Counted from the stretch's first letter, positions 13,301-24,434 are shown. The stretch: 41,500 bases of DNA from Nemertoderma westbladi (GCA_032718475.1 JAUCBJ010001620.1:1-41500); one strand, 5' to 3'. The notes: generated from the letters alone by a model not told the origin. Made by a program: numbers and translations.

Positions 13301-14189
13301 CTGACTGTTCATTTTATTTTATTCCCTTACCACAAATTGTAGTTTATTAGTTAATGGTTTTCAATATTAATCGTAATTATTAATTAATAATATAAAAGTT
13401 TATATTCAAACATAGAGATAAACGGTTTTGTTAAAAAATAAAATATAAAAGATAGCTGGTTTTGAAGAATAAAAAATGAGTTAGGCGATTTTGATCCAAA
13501 AAAAGTTACATGTTTGCGGCGCAAGTATATTGACCAATACCTGCTATGGTGTACTATCGGTGTACTATGGTGTTTTTAACATATTTCTCTTTATTTTCAC
13601 GCCTTAATTTTGCCTCAGGTGGATTCGGCACATGCGTTTACCCTATATTGAATATTAATATGGAAATTTCCCGAATTAATCCCAGTAAGAATTTAAAATG
13701 AACAACCATAAAAAACCGGAATGGTTTGTGGCCATTTTCTCAAAATGCCAAAAATTGAGATACACGGTTTTGGAATATAAGGGCCGAGTAGGCTCCTATG
13801 TTAACTCATCTAATATAACCCATTTTGGTGAACAATGGTTGTTATTGGATGGTTGTCATGGTAACAGTAAGTTCATCCACCATTGACCAATTACGGGTCA
13901 GAATATACTGTACCTGCAAATTACTAACCACACCCGGTAAGAGTGATGTAGTACATGGTCTGGTAGATGGCATTGCAGGCCATATTGGCTAGGTATGCCG
14001 AGGGAGGGTGGTGGTGATGTGTCCTCAACAAACCAACTGAGACCCGCATTCCCCAGGTTGGCAAACCAGACAGAGCTTGATATTTGACAGGAAAACAATC
14101 GATCCATCTCCGAAAACCTAAGAACCATCGGGGTAAACTGGGTCTATTATAAAATATAAAATAATGATAAAATAATATAAAATATATTT

Positions 14190-14660
14190 CTCCCAGTCCA
14201 GTATCATGTCGTCACATATCGTCCACGACTACGCTTTCGATGTGTTGGTTGCCAGAAAAGCTTTACTTCTCCAGCAGTGCCAACTGAATCTTATCTGTGT
14301 TCACGGAGGGTGGTTGATACAGGTGGTATTGTACCATAAAGTTCGGCGATTGTCACGTGTTGTCTGTCTTCATTATCTGTATTTCGGCGGGTGTGAAGTC
14401 CCCTGTTTCTAGGTAGCGTCTTGTCATATATTTTCCTAGTAGTTGACCTCATGTTTGGTGGCTACCAAAGCAAGTTGCTAAAGTGATATTTCAATTTCCC
14501 AACACGTTTTTCAGGACTATCAGCTTTTAATTTTTTCAATTTTGAACTGATGTATTTCTCCTGGTAGATGTTGTAGGCCAATTTAAGATTTTCCTTAGCT
14601 TTCTCAACCTTGTTTTCGGTTATTGGTTGTCCGATTTTTACTTTAATTGCGCCCATTTTT
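14190..14660 (-). pseudogene. RTE/RTE-X-like LINE ORF remnant with a large internal deletion
   Basis: Frameshifted minus-strand translation gives HFSNLL..PP..ETGDFTPAEI (pre-RT region) joined to ELYGTIPPVSTTLREHR.RFSWHCWRSK..WQPTHRKRSRGR (RTE C-terminus). Confidence 0.6.
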
Positions 14661-14879
14661 GTGTTGTGATTGTGATAGTGGTGTGATATGTAAACCATAA
14701 GCGGGGACGGGAACCATTCACGTTTTAAATGAGACAGTGAATTATTTCGACCTATAATTATTAAATGTATATCAGCTGATCCACCTGATATCTTGATGAT
14801 TCACTTCATACTTACTGTATGCAGTACTGCACTACTGGGCCTAGCTGGACTTATTCTGGGTACGTACTAAAAGGTAGAA

Positions 14880-14960
14880 CGATCTATAACGGGCTATAAC
14901 GATCTATAACGGGCTATAATTTTCTATAAACAAGCTATAACCATGTATAACGATCTATAA
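14880..14960. repeat. 10-bp tandem repeat (GATCTATAAC / GGGCTATAAC)
   Basis: About 8 degenerate units visible. Confidence 0.75.
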
Positions 14961-15585
14961 TATGAAAATTTACAATAAAAAAACATATTTTAGCATGGAT
15001 TTATTTTCCTAGTCAGTAATTTAATTAAGCAATTTGGTTTTTTTAGTCCATACTGCTTTTCGTCTTTTTGGTATCATGAAATCAGTCATTACTTCATTAG
15101 TCAGCATTCCACTATCTGACTTGTCAGACAGGGGAGTGGTCTCCCTATCCGCTGTCAGCTTCTGCAGTACTGGTGCTACGTGCTAAAGCAGAGGGCATAC
15201 CGTCAGAACTGCAGAATCCGAGTCTATGCGTTGCGTTATCACTTGGCTACCCGTACGCGGCTGGTAAGAGGTGCGGTGCCGGTAAGGCCTGAAGGCAGTA
15301 TGCAGTAAGGAGTGGGTCTGTCAGTCTGTGCACTGTACTGTGACAAGTCGCTAAAAGGTGCCACCATGCTCCATAGCGCGGGAAATTCAAATGATTGAAA
15401 GACATGTAATTTGTACTGAAAAGGGTGGAAGATTAGATCTGCCACCTACATTTTGGCGGTAAATTATTTAACATTGAATACATCAATAGGGTAAGACTAA
15501 ATAATAAAATGTAATTCATTGAATCAGAATAACTTGTTTCATATCGGTTTAACTCACTCATCAGTTATTGTTGTTGTTTTATCTA

Positions 15586-15815
15586 TTCTGGGGCTTCGAG
15601 CAGCACGTGAACAACTAAGCTGACTGGTTAAATAATCTGGGGCTTCGAGCAGCACGTGAACAACTAAGATGACCGGTTAACTAGTCTGGGACTTCGGGCA
15701 GCACGTGAACAACTAAGCTGATTGGTTCACTAGCCTGGGACTTCGAGCAGCACGTGAATAACTAAGCTGATTGGTTAACTAGTCTGGGACTTCGAGCAGC
15801 ACCTGACCAACTAAA
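15586..15815 (+). repeat. 50-bp subterminal tandem repeat of the left TIR (~5 copies)
   Basis: TCTGGGACTTCGAGCAGCACGTGAACAACTAAGCTGACTGGTTAACTAG units. Confidence 0.9.
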
Positions 15816-16040
15816 GTAGATTAGTAGTTTAGCTTAACTTCTATCAGTAAAATGTTAAGAACATATATTATTTGCTTGTATCAGTTATAATTACATCAGA
15901 ACATTATAATTATAACAATTATACACTTATACAGTATATTAATTCAATTGATTAATTCCTCTAGAAAATGTCCGACACATTCATCACAATACCATTTTTG
16001 CTCTTGTGCACGTGGTACAACTATGGTTGATACGCATTTG

Positions 16041-16695
16041 CTAGTGTTCACATTCCCATCGAGTGGACCCATCCATGATCCAATCGGTGGAGCCCCGATC
16101 CGCCAACCATAATGCAATTTGATTGCGTAATGCCACTGGAAGTCCTATGTGATATAGTAGTCTATCATGGCCGTAATGGTCGATACAGTATTTCACTAGA
16201 ACATTTCCCGTAGAGTAGATTATGGCTGTTATAAACGCTGAGCATTGGTAGACACTTTGTGACCTTTCATTTAACGAATCATCACGGTTCAATCCCTTCA
16301 TACGCTCATTGCGCTTTCGTTCTGCTAACTTTATCTTTATAATCCTTACTTACAGAGCGATGACATGAAAACCTTTCTACATAGTAATTGGTATATTTTC
16401 TAGTTCCTCTAAAATTAATAAATTTTGATCTAGTACTTCCTTCCACACCCATCTTCCACTCATGGAACTCATTGTAAGTATCGAAGTTTACCGTTTGTAC
16501 TAAACATGTAATACCGTGATTTGCTTGTACATGAGAAATTATATCGCACTCACTGCCAAATGTGTCACTACAAAGTCTACATTGTACTATTCCTTGTTTC
16601 TGTTTAAGTTCCGCAATTAGGATTACAGTTTCTGAGTTAGTGGTAGCGGATTGTATTTTGTCACAAGTTACTAAAGAATAATAATGTTTATTCAT
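16041..16695 (-). pseudogene. MULE-type transposase N-terminal fragment (C2H2 finger + WRKY/GCM1-like domain), disrupted and truncated
   Basis: CRLC..HVQANH; F.EWK..VE..T.SKF; FSCHRS; then, in a second ORF, CSAFI..V.VKY..DHYGH..L.HI.LP..LRNQIA.WL. No DDE core is visible. It lies between the matching TIRs. Confidence 0.7.
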
Positions 16696-17980
16696 AATAA
16701 TATTTTATCATATTATATCTTGTAAAAGCTTTTGCGGATATAATCAGTCCCCTTGCCCGCAAAGTACCGTGTGGGTGTTTTAACGGACATAAAAGTTGTT
16801 TTTCTATATGTGTGCTTTGGAGGACATGGCAAGATACAAAACCCGCAATGCGTCAAATCCTCTAGCACAGTGTAGCCTTGATGATTCAGATTACGACATC
16901 TAACAGCTGGTTGCTGGCATGGAAACGGCCGTTGGACACATGGTTCTTTGTTCAGCTTAATAGCCAATCAGAGCGATTTTTACTTGAGATGTGGAGATAT
17001 CCTACAGATCGTACTAGGCGTGTTCAGTCTTACTGTGTTATAGTTTTGTTGTTTCTATCTAGGCCAAGAACACCGGCTCTAGAGTCAATTCGTTTCAGAC
17101 TTTAGAAGAAACATTAGTAGGCTTAGATTATAGAGCGTATAACTGTTATCAGTCTTATCAGCGATTATTGTATGCCAGCGGTACAATCTTACATTGTTAT
17201 AATCTTAACCTACCGTCTTAATGCTTTTTACTGTTGTCATTATTTGTATCAGTTGGTTGAATATTATTATTTGGAGAACATCGATAAATAACCCAAATTT
17301 CCCAATTTTCTTGATACACTGCAGGTTAGAGAGACAGGTTACATATAGCGATTGCGACTTATATTATCGTGGTTTGTAGTGAATTTAATGCTATTTGATA
17401 GGCACTACATGAGTCAATTGCTGTTCTCTTTATGTATGATAAAATTCATTGACGGTCGGCAGATTAGTGTGCAGTATTATGCGGTACCGGTAGTGTGCAT
17501 GATTGTGGCTGATAACTAAGCATTTCCTAAAGAATGCGCCTCATACGTGAATCATAAGCCTTACCGTCTTACCGTTGTGTTTAGTATAAGTCATAGTTCT
17601 GTTTACCTAGATAGAGCGCCACGTCCTAAAGGAACTGTTAATATTTCCCGAAAGTGAATAATATTCGTCAGAAATTATTTATTAACGATCAATCGAATAA
17701 TACAGTAAGCTTACACTGCAATAAAATCTAAGCCCTCCGAATCCAGTCTCCCGGGTATATCCAGCGGGTGAATGGACGCGCACTAGGCTGGCTTCGGCTA
17801 ATGTTGTGTTTATTGGTATTAAATACTTGTCATATGTTAAAGTCTATTTATAAACCAAAAGACATATAAATTTTGGCAGGTTAAACTGCTAAAGGTCTTC
17901 AAAAGCGCGTACAATAACAGTTATTTTCTTTATTGCAGTAAGCAATAAAGTTGAAAGTACCGGTCGACCGGTAAACCTGA

Positions 17981-18179
17981 ACCGGTACTGCTGTAGGTCC
18001 GTAGGCCCAACTGCCAGAATCGGTACTGCTGTAGGTCCGTAGGCCCAACTGCTTGAACCGGTACTGCTGTAGGTCCGTAGGCCCAACTGCTTGAACCGGT
18101 ACTGCTGTAGGTCCGTAGGCCCAACTGCCAGAATCGGTACTGCTGTAGGTCTGTAGGCCCAACTGTCCTAACCGGTACT
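17981..18179 (+). repeat. 38-bp minisatellite, 5 copies plus a partial, inside the solo LTR
   Basis: Units start at 17981, 18019, 18057, 18095, 18133 and 18171 (ACCGGTACTGCTGTAGGTCCGTAGGCCCAACTGCTTGA). Confidence 0.95.
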
Positions 18180-18344
18180 TCCAGTATAAGAACATTAGTA
18201 TTATTCGATTTGATTATTGTATACCTGTAGGTCTTAGTACTTAATCAGGGAACGGCCGCCCTGGTTTTTTATTGAGATTTTACTTATTTCTATCGGTTTT
18301 ATTTACATGTAAGTTAATATTGAGCAGAAGACGTGTAAGTCTGC

Positions 18345-18925
18345 GCAGATTGTTCAGATAATTGTAGGCTGGACTCTTGTCGGACTGTTGTTGGGTCTGG
18401 AGAGATTGCGGCGTGTGTAGAGTCTGTCCGATAAAGTGCCAGTTAGTAAGTTGGGGCATCTTGAGTTGTAAGGTCAACCCCCTCCTAAAGAATAAGTCGT
18501 ACTACCGTGTTAGAACGCATACTAACTAACCATTTTGGAATCTGCATATACTGTAGTTTATTTAGGCTTGATAGTAGTCTACCAGCGTTTTAGCCTGTGT
18601 TTGTTTGTGTGGTCTGTTCAGGCACCGTAATAGTTATTACTCAGATATTTTGTAGGCTGGATTGTTGTCTGGCTGTTGTTGGGTCTGGAGAGATTGCGGC
18701 GTGTGTAGAGTCTGTCCGATAAAGTGCCAGTTAGTAAGTTGGGGCATCCAGAGTTGTAAGGTCAACCCCCTCCTAAAGAATAAGTCGTACTACCGTGTTA
18801 GAACGCATACTAACTAACCATTTTGGAATCTGCACATACTGTAGTTTATTTAGGCTTGATGGTAGTCTGCCAGCATTTGGTTTGTATTTTGTTTGAGTAT
18901 TCTGTACGGGTAGCGTAATATTTAT
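18345..18925 (+). repeat. Two tandem ~290-bp units in the LTR, each a predicted G.U-rich RNA hairpin
   Basis: Direct repeat at about 18350-18640 and 18640-18925; hand-pairing of the arms is given in the findings. Confidence 0.8.
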
Positions 18926-19078
18926 TATTCAGAGTTTATGCGATTATTCGCAACATTCATGTCCCCAAGTTTATTCCTACAGTAATTGTGCTTGTTACAC
19001 ATACTGGTTGTTCTTTCTCCGGTGTAATAAATAAATTTTATTTTAAATATTGTCACTGTGAAATAATAATAATAATTA

Positions 19079-19590
19079 TTCGATCTACAAATTACTAAGC
19101 TCGAATGTAACATTGCCATTTACAGATTTAAAGGAGCAGGTTATAGAGGCGCGTGTTGGGGGAACCAAAACAATAAACGAAAGTTAACACATGTTACAAG
19201 AATATGCAGGTTACTTTTATTCAAAGGCTGAAAGGAGCAGGTTACAGAGGCGTGTTGGGGGAACCAAAACAATAAACGAAAGTTAACACATGTTACAAGA
19301 TTATGCAGGTTACTTAATTGCGTCTTGGGTCTTTGTTTTGCAGTTTTGTACTCACCAACACCAAACTGTTTCTCCCTGTAAATAAACGAAGCATTTCATC
19401 GGTTAACTCCTGAAATTAAAACACAACTGAAATAAATGCTGAAATGTATGTTACATTCTGACATTCGAGCTTAGTAATTTGTAGATCGAATGTAACATAA
19501 TTGTAGGATCCAATGTAACATACTTGAGGTTACGTTCGATTCGTAAAAACTATGTTACATTCGATCCTGATTACGTTCGGTCTGTCACCC
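19079..19590. mobile_element. Non-autonomous DNA element fragment with CGAATGTAAC-type short repeats, containing two partial arms of the 5458-5881 MITE family
   Basis: TTCGATCTACAAATTACTAAGCTCGAATGT at 19079 is inverted at about 19461-19490; AAGGAGCAGGTTA..GGGGAACCAAAACAATAAACG occurs at about 19130 and 19231. Confidence 0.55.
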
Positions 19591-19845
19591 GCGTCTAAGC
19601 AGTCTGACAAGTCCCTAAAAGGTGCCACCGAGCTCCATAGCGCGGGAAATTCAAATGATTGAAAGACATGTAATTTGTACTGGAAAGGGTGGCAGATCAG
19701 ATCTGCTACCTATATTTTGGCGGTAAATTCTTTAACATTGAATACATGAATAGAGTAAGACTTAAATGTAATTCATTGAATAAGAATAAATTATTTCTTA
19801 TCGGTTTATTAACTCACTCATCCGTTATTGTTGTTGTTTATCTAT

Positions 19846-20667
19846 TCTGGGACTTCGAGCAGCACGTGAACAACTAAACCTGACGTTAACTAGTCTGGGG
19901 CATAGAGCAGCACGTGAACAACTAAACTGGCTGGTTACCTAGTCTGGTACTTCGAGCAGCACGTGAACAACTAAACTGACTGGTTAACTATAGTCTGGGA
20001 CTTCCAGTAGCACGTGAACAACTAAGCTGACTGGTTAACTATAGTCTGGGACTTCCATAGTAGCACGTGAACAACTAAGCTGACTGGTTAACTATAGTCT
20101 GGGACTTCCAGTAGCACGTGAACAACTAAGCTGACTGGTTAACTATAGTCTGGGACTTCCACTAGCACGTGAACAACTAAGCTGACTGGTTAACTATAGT
20201 CTGGGACTTCCAGTAGCACGTGAACAACTAAGCTGACTGCTTAACTATAGTCTGGGACTTCCAGTAGCACGTGAACAACTAAGCTGACTGCTTAACTATA
20301 GTCTGGGACTTCCAGTAGCACGTGAACAACTAAGCTGACTGGTTAACTAGTCTGGGACTTCCAGTAGCACGTGAACAACTAAGCTGACTGGTTAACTATA
20401 GTCTGGGACTTCCAGTAGCACGTGAACAACTAAGCTGACTGCTTAACTATAGTCTGGGACTTCCAGTAGCACGTGAACAACTAAGCTGACTGGTTAACTA
20501 GTCTGGGACTTCCAGTAGCACGTGAACAACTAAGCTGACTGGTTAACTATAGTCTGGGACTTCCAGTAGCACGTGAACAACTAAGCTGACTGGTTAACTA
20601 TAGTCTGGGACTTCCAGTAGCACGTGAACAACTAAGCTGACTGGTTAACTAGTCTGGAACTTCGAGC
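19846..20667 (+). repeat. Expanded 50-52-bp tandem array (~16 copies) in the internal TIR arm
   Basis: TAGTCTGGGACTTCCAGTAGCACGTGAACAACTAAGCTGACTGGTTAACTA units, nearly identical, with no unique spacers. Confidence 0.95.
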
Positions 20668-20924
20668 AAAATTGCAAATTTAGGGGGGGGGGGGGGGAGG
20701 GGGGATCGGGGGATTTGGCTTAACTTCTATCAGTAAAATGCAAAGAACATATTTATTATTTTCTTGTATCAGTTATAATTACATCAGAACATTATAATTA
20801 TAACAATATAGCAGGGAACTGATAGTAAAATATATCGCAGGTAAGCCTACTGTAATAACAATAGGTGTATAATGCTTCTGCCTATACTGCTATATCTGTT
20901 CCAGACATGTACCAGACTATAAAA

Positions 20925-21277
20925 ATAGTTAACCAGTCAGCTTAGTTGTTTAGGTGCTGCTCGAAGTCCCAGACTTGTTAACCAGGCAGCTTAGTTGTAC
21001 ACGTGCTGCTCGAAATCCCAGACTAGTTAACCAGCCAGCTTAGTTTTTCACGTGCTGCTCGAAGTCCTAGACTAGTTAACGTGCTGGTTTAGTTGTTCAC
21101 GTGGTGCTCGAAGCCCCAGACAACCGGTAGTTAGCGTGCTGGTTTAAATGTTCACGTGCTGCTCGAAGTCCCAGACTAGGTAACCAGCCAGTTTAGTTGT
21201 TCACGTGGTGCTCGAAGCCCCAACTACCGGTAGTTAGCGTGCTGGTTTAATTGTTCACGTGCTGCTCGAAGTCCCAG
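20925..21277 (-). repeat. Inverted copies of the 50-bp repeat in the right TIR (~7 copies)
   Basis: TTAGTTGTTCACGTGCTGCTCGAAGTCCCAGA units, the reverse complement of the left-arm units. Confidence 0.9.
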
Positions 21278-21744
21278 AATAGATAAATCAACAACATTAA
21301 CGGATGAGTGAGTTAAACCGATAATAAATAATTTATTCTGATTCAATGAATTACATTCTGACATTGGCAGATTGGTCTTACTCTATTCATGTATTCAATG
21401 TTAAAACAGATTTGAATTTACCGCCAATATATAGGTGGCAGATCTGATCTGCCACCCTTTCCAGTACAAATAACATGTCTTTCAATCATTTGAATTTCCC
21501 GCGCTATGGAGCAGGGTGGCACCTTTTAGGGACTTGTCTGTACTGTGGGTTGCTGGGTTGGGTATGCTGGTATGGTATGGTAATTAAGCAGTAGGTGGAC
21601 TGGTCAACTGTCAACCGGTCCCGGCTCCCGGCTGCCCGGTATTCAGGCCTGTCAGGTATTTTATCAGTGAATATACCCAGATACGATTCGGTAGCCAGGT
21701 AGCTGCTACATGAAGTTATAGGCCTAGGCGCTTACTTTCTTACT

Positions 21745-22950
21745 TTCTCATTTACTCACTCACTTAAATGCATACTTACTCCTGTACTCACTTACATGCT
21801 GTAGTAACATACATAATATTTTAATAACTACGGTGCCTTGGTTGCGGAAAATCTGATTTGTTCTTTCTTACTTACTCACTCACTTACTCGCTCGCTCGCT
21901 CACTCACTTACTTTCTTATTTGTTACTATTTATTACTCGCTCACGCACACATTCAATCACCCACTCACTCGCCCACTCACTCGCTCACTCACTCACACTC
22001 ACTCGCTCACTCACACATTCACTCACTCACTCAAACATTCACTTACTCGCTCACCCACACACCCACTCACTCACCTCGCTCACTCACTCACACATTCACT
22101 CACTCACTCACTCACACATTCACTCACTCACACATTCACTCACTCACACATTCACTCACTAGCTCACTCACACATTCACTCACTCACTCGCTCACACACA
22201 CATTCACTCACTCACTCACACATTCACTCACTCATTTAGTTACTTACTTTCTTACTTACCCACTTACTTACTTTCTTTCTTACTTACTTACATAATCACC
22301 TACCGACTTACTTACTCACTCACTCACTTACTTTACTTTACTTACCCTCTCACTTACTTTACTTACCCACTCACTTATTTACTCACTCACTTACTTACTT
22401 ACTCACTTACCTACTTACTTACTTACTGACTCACTTACTTGCTCACTCACTTACATTCTTATTTCACTCACTCTCTCAATCACTCACTCATTCACTCACA
22501 CATTCACTCACTCATTCATTCACCCACTCAATCAGTCACTCACTCAGTCACTCTCTCATTCATTCACACATTCACTCATTCATTCACTCACTCACCCACA
22601 CACTCATCCACTGACCCACTCATTCACTCACTCGCTCGCTCACCCAAACATTCACTCACCCACTCACTCAGTCACTCACTCACACATTCACTCACCCACT
22701 CGCTCATCACACATTCACTCACCTACTCACTCAGTCACTCACCCACTCACTCAGTCACCCACTCACTCACTCACTCGCTCATCACACATTCTCTCACCTA
22801 CTCACTCAGTCACTCACCCACTCACTCAGTCACCCACTCACTCACTCACTCGCTCATCACACATTCTCTCACCTACTCACTCAGTCACTCACCCACTCAC
22901 TCAGTTACCCACTCACTCACTCACTCGCTCATCACACATTCACTCACTCT
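21745..22950. repeat. Compound (ACTC)n/(ACTT)n microsatellite
   Basis: Directly visible; produces the His/Ser/Leu/Thr-rich spurious ORFs. Confidence 0.97.
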
Positions 22951-23273
22951 TATTAACATACTTTATTAAAATATTAACGACTTTTTAAAAGACTATTTAC
23001 TTCCTTGCTTACTTTAACTTGCCTTTAGAGTTTATAACCCACAGTACAAATTATCCATTGTAGAAAAATTTCTCTACGAAAACCATCGGAGTATATTTCA
23101 AGTTTAGAATAATTACAAAGACAACAGCCCTAATATTCCGATATATTATTACCATCTCATTAAATGATACTCTAGCTGGTGTGGTGGTTGTACGGCAAAC
23201 CCCATATTATTGGAAAGATATGTCTGCATAGAAGGTGTACATTATAAATGTAAAAAAAAAAAAACCTAAGGAC

Positions 23274-24434
23274 GGATCTAGGACACTTCCCCCCCGGACA
23301 CTTCCCCCCCGGACACTTCCCCCCCGCTCAAGTAGGACACTTCCCCCCCGGACACTTCCCCCCCGGACACTTGCCCCCCGGACACTTCCCCCCCAGTTAA
23401 AGTGTTAAAATTAATCTGGGTGCATCAAAGCAATAAACAAAAGTTAAAGATGGTTACAGGACAAGTTGTATCTAGACAAGTTTTTTCAAAATTATAAAAG
23501 AAACATTTGTATAGTAAAATTTGGTTTGTTTTTCTTTTAATTCCTTTAATTCTTTTAATTTCTTTTAATTGGGGGCTGCCGCCCCCAAACCCCCGCTTCT
23601 TTTGTTGGGGGCTACAGCCCCCAAACCCCCGCTTCTTTTTTTTATCGCCCCCAGACCCCGGCATTTCCCTGAGTGCCCGGGGTGAAGGACTTAAGACCAC
23701 TTTGAAATAATTAATTCATGTTTGAATCATCAGATAATAAATTGACTAAGCCTAAAGTGGGAGCTGTATTGAATGTTAACCAATTTAATATATAAATTAC
23801 TACAATATTATATAATTCAACAAAATCCTATTAAAAATATTGCAAGTAACCAGAAAATTTAATATGTAGTGTGTATAATATCTATATAGTATGTATAGTA
23901 ATATGTATATCAATATGTAATGCTGAACACAGAATGCTGAACACAATGCTGGAGAGGTATAATGTTGATTGCAACAATAATATTCGTCCCCATCTGATAC
24001 AATTTGAAGAAGACTATTACATAATAATACCTATAATTAAAACAATTAATTATTATAATTCTATAGTTAGTAAAAACAGTATATCATTCCGGGGATGGAA
24101 TTTATAGGTCATCTAATATAATTAATTGTTTAAAGATTAGCAAACAATACGATGTAATTGCATTGATAAAACCCATAAATAAAACTTGGATATAAAATGT
24201 AAAATCGGGATGCAAAAGATCACTTTCTGAGCTACGAAAGGAAAATTGGATACAACTTATCTGGATACAAGCGGTCCGTTTACCTTACAAAATGAAAAAT
24301 ACGAATGTGCGAAGTTAAGAACAGTCGGGGGGGAAGTGTCCGCAGGGGGGAAGTGTCTGGGGGGGAAGTGTCCGGGGGGGAAGTGTCCTACTTGAGCGGG
24401 GGGGAACTGTCCGGGGGGGAAGTGTCCGAACACC
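23274..24434. mobile_element. Non-autonomous foldback DNA transposon (MULE-like by TSD length) with GGACACTTCCCCCCC-modular TIRs
   Basis: Left arm 23274-23395 and inverted right arm 24326-24434 share the GCTCAAGTAGGACAC module; TSD CTAAGGAC (23266-23273 and 24435-24442). Confidence 0.85.

Larger units (their letters stand above)
9883..13786 (+). mobile_element. Sola-like (probably Sola1) DNA transposon, internally deleted, non-autonomous
   Basis: Perfect 30-bp TIR CGGCCCTTATATTCCAAAACCGTGTATCTC; 4-bp TSD AGTA (9879-9882 and 13787-13790); repeated subterminal AAAACCGTGTATCTC-like motifs at both ends; transposase remnant inside. Confidence 0.85.
16721..19030 (+). mobile_element. Solo LTR of a BEL/Pao family related to the element at 29649
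   Basis: Starts TGTAAAAGCTTTTGCG like the LTR at 29649 and is colinear with it to about 19005. The 3' terminus is degenerate and no TSD was found, so the end coordinate is approximate. Confidence 0.8.
15342..21538. mobile_element. Compound Mutator(MULE)/foldback-like DNA transposon with long modular TIRs
   Basis: Ends GACAAGTC(G/C)CTAAAAGGTGCCACC and GGTGGCACCTTTTAGGGACTTGTC; TSD TGTACTGT (15334-15341 and 21539-21546). Each arm has a ~250-bp outer TIR plus 50-52-bp subterminal tandem repeats. A third arm in left orientation starts at 19606. Confidence 0.85.

Noticed and set aside
14735-14780. Possible hammerhead on the minus strand (CTGAT...GGTCGAAA)
   Set aside because: The core reads CTGATAT rather than CTGANGA and the stems are not convincing.
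19846-20667. CRISPR-like array
   Set aside because: The units are contiguous near-identical tandem repeats with no unique spacers, there are no cas genes, the context is eukaryotic, and they belong to a transposon TIR.
21838-22969. His/Ser/Leu/Thr-rich ORFs
   Set aside because: They are translations of the (ACTC)n microsatellite.
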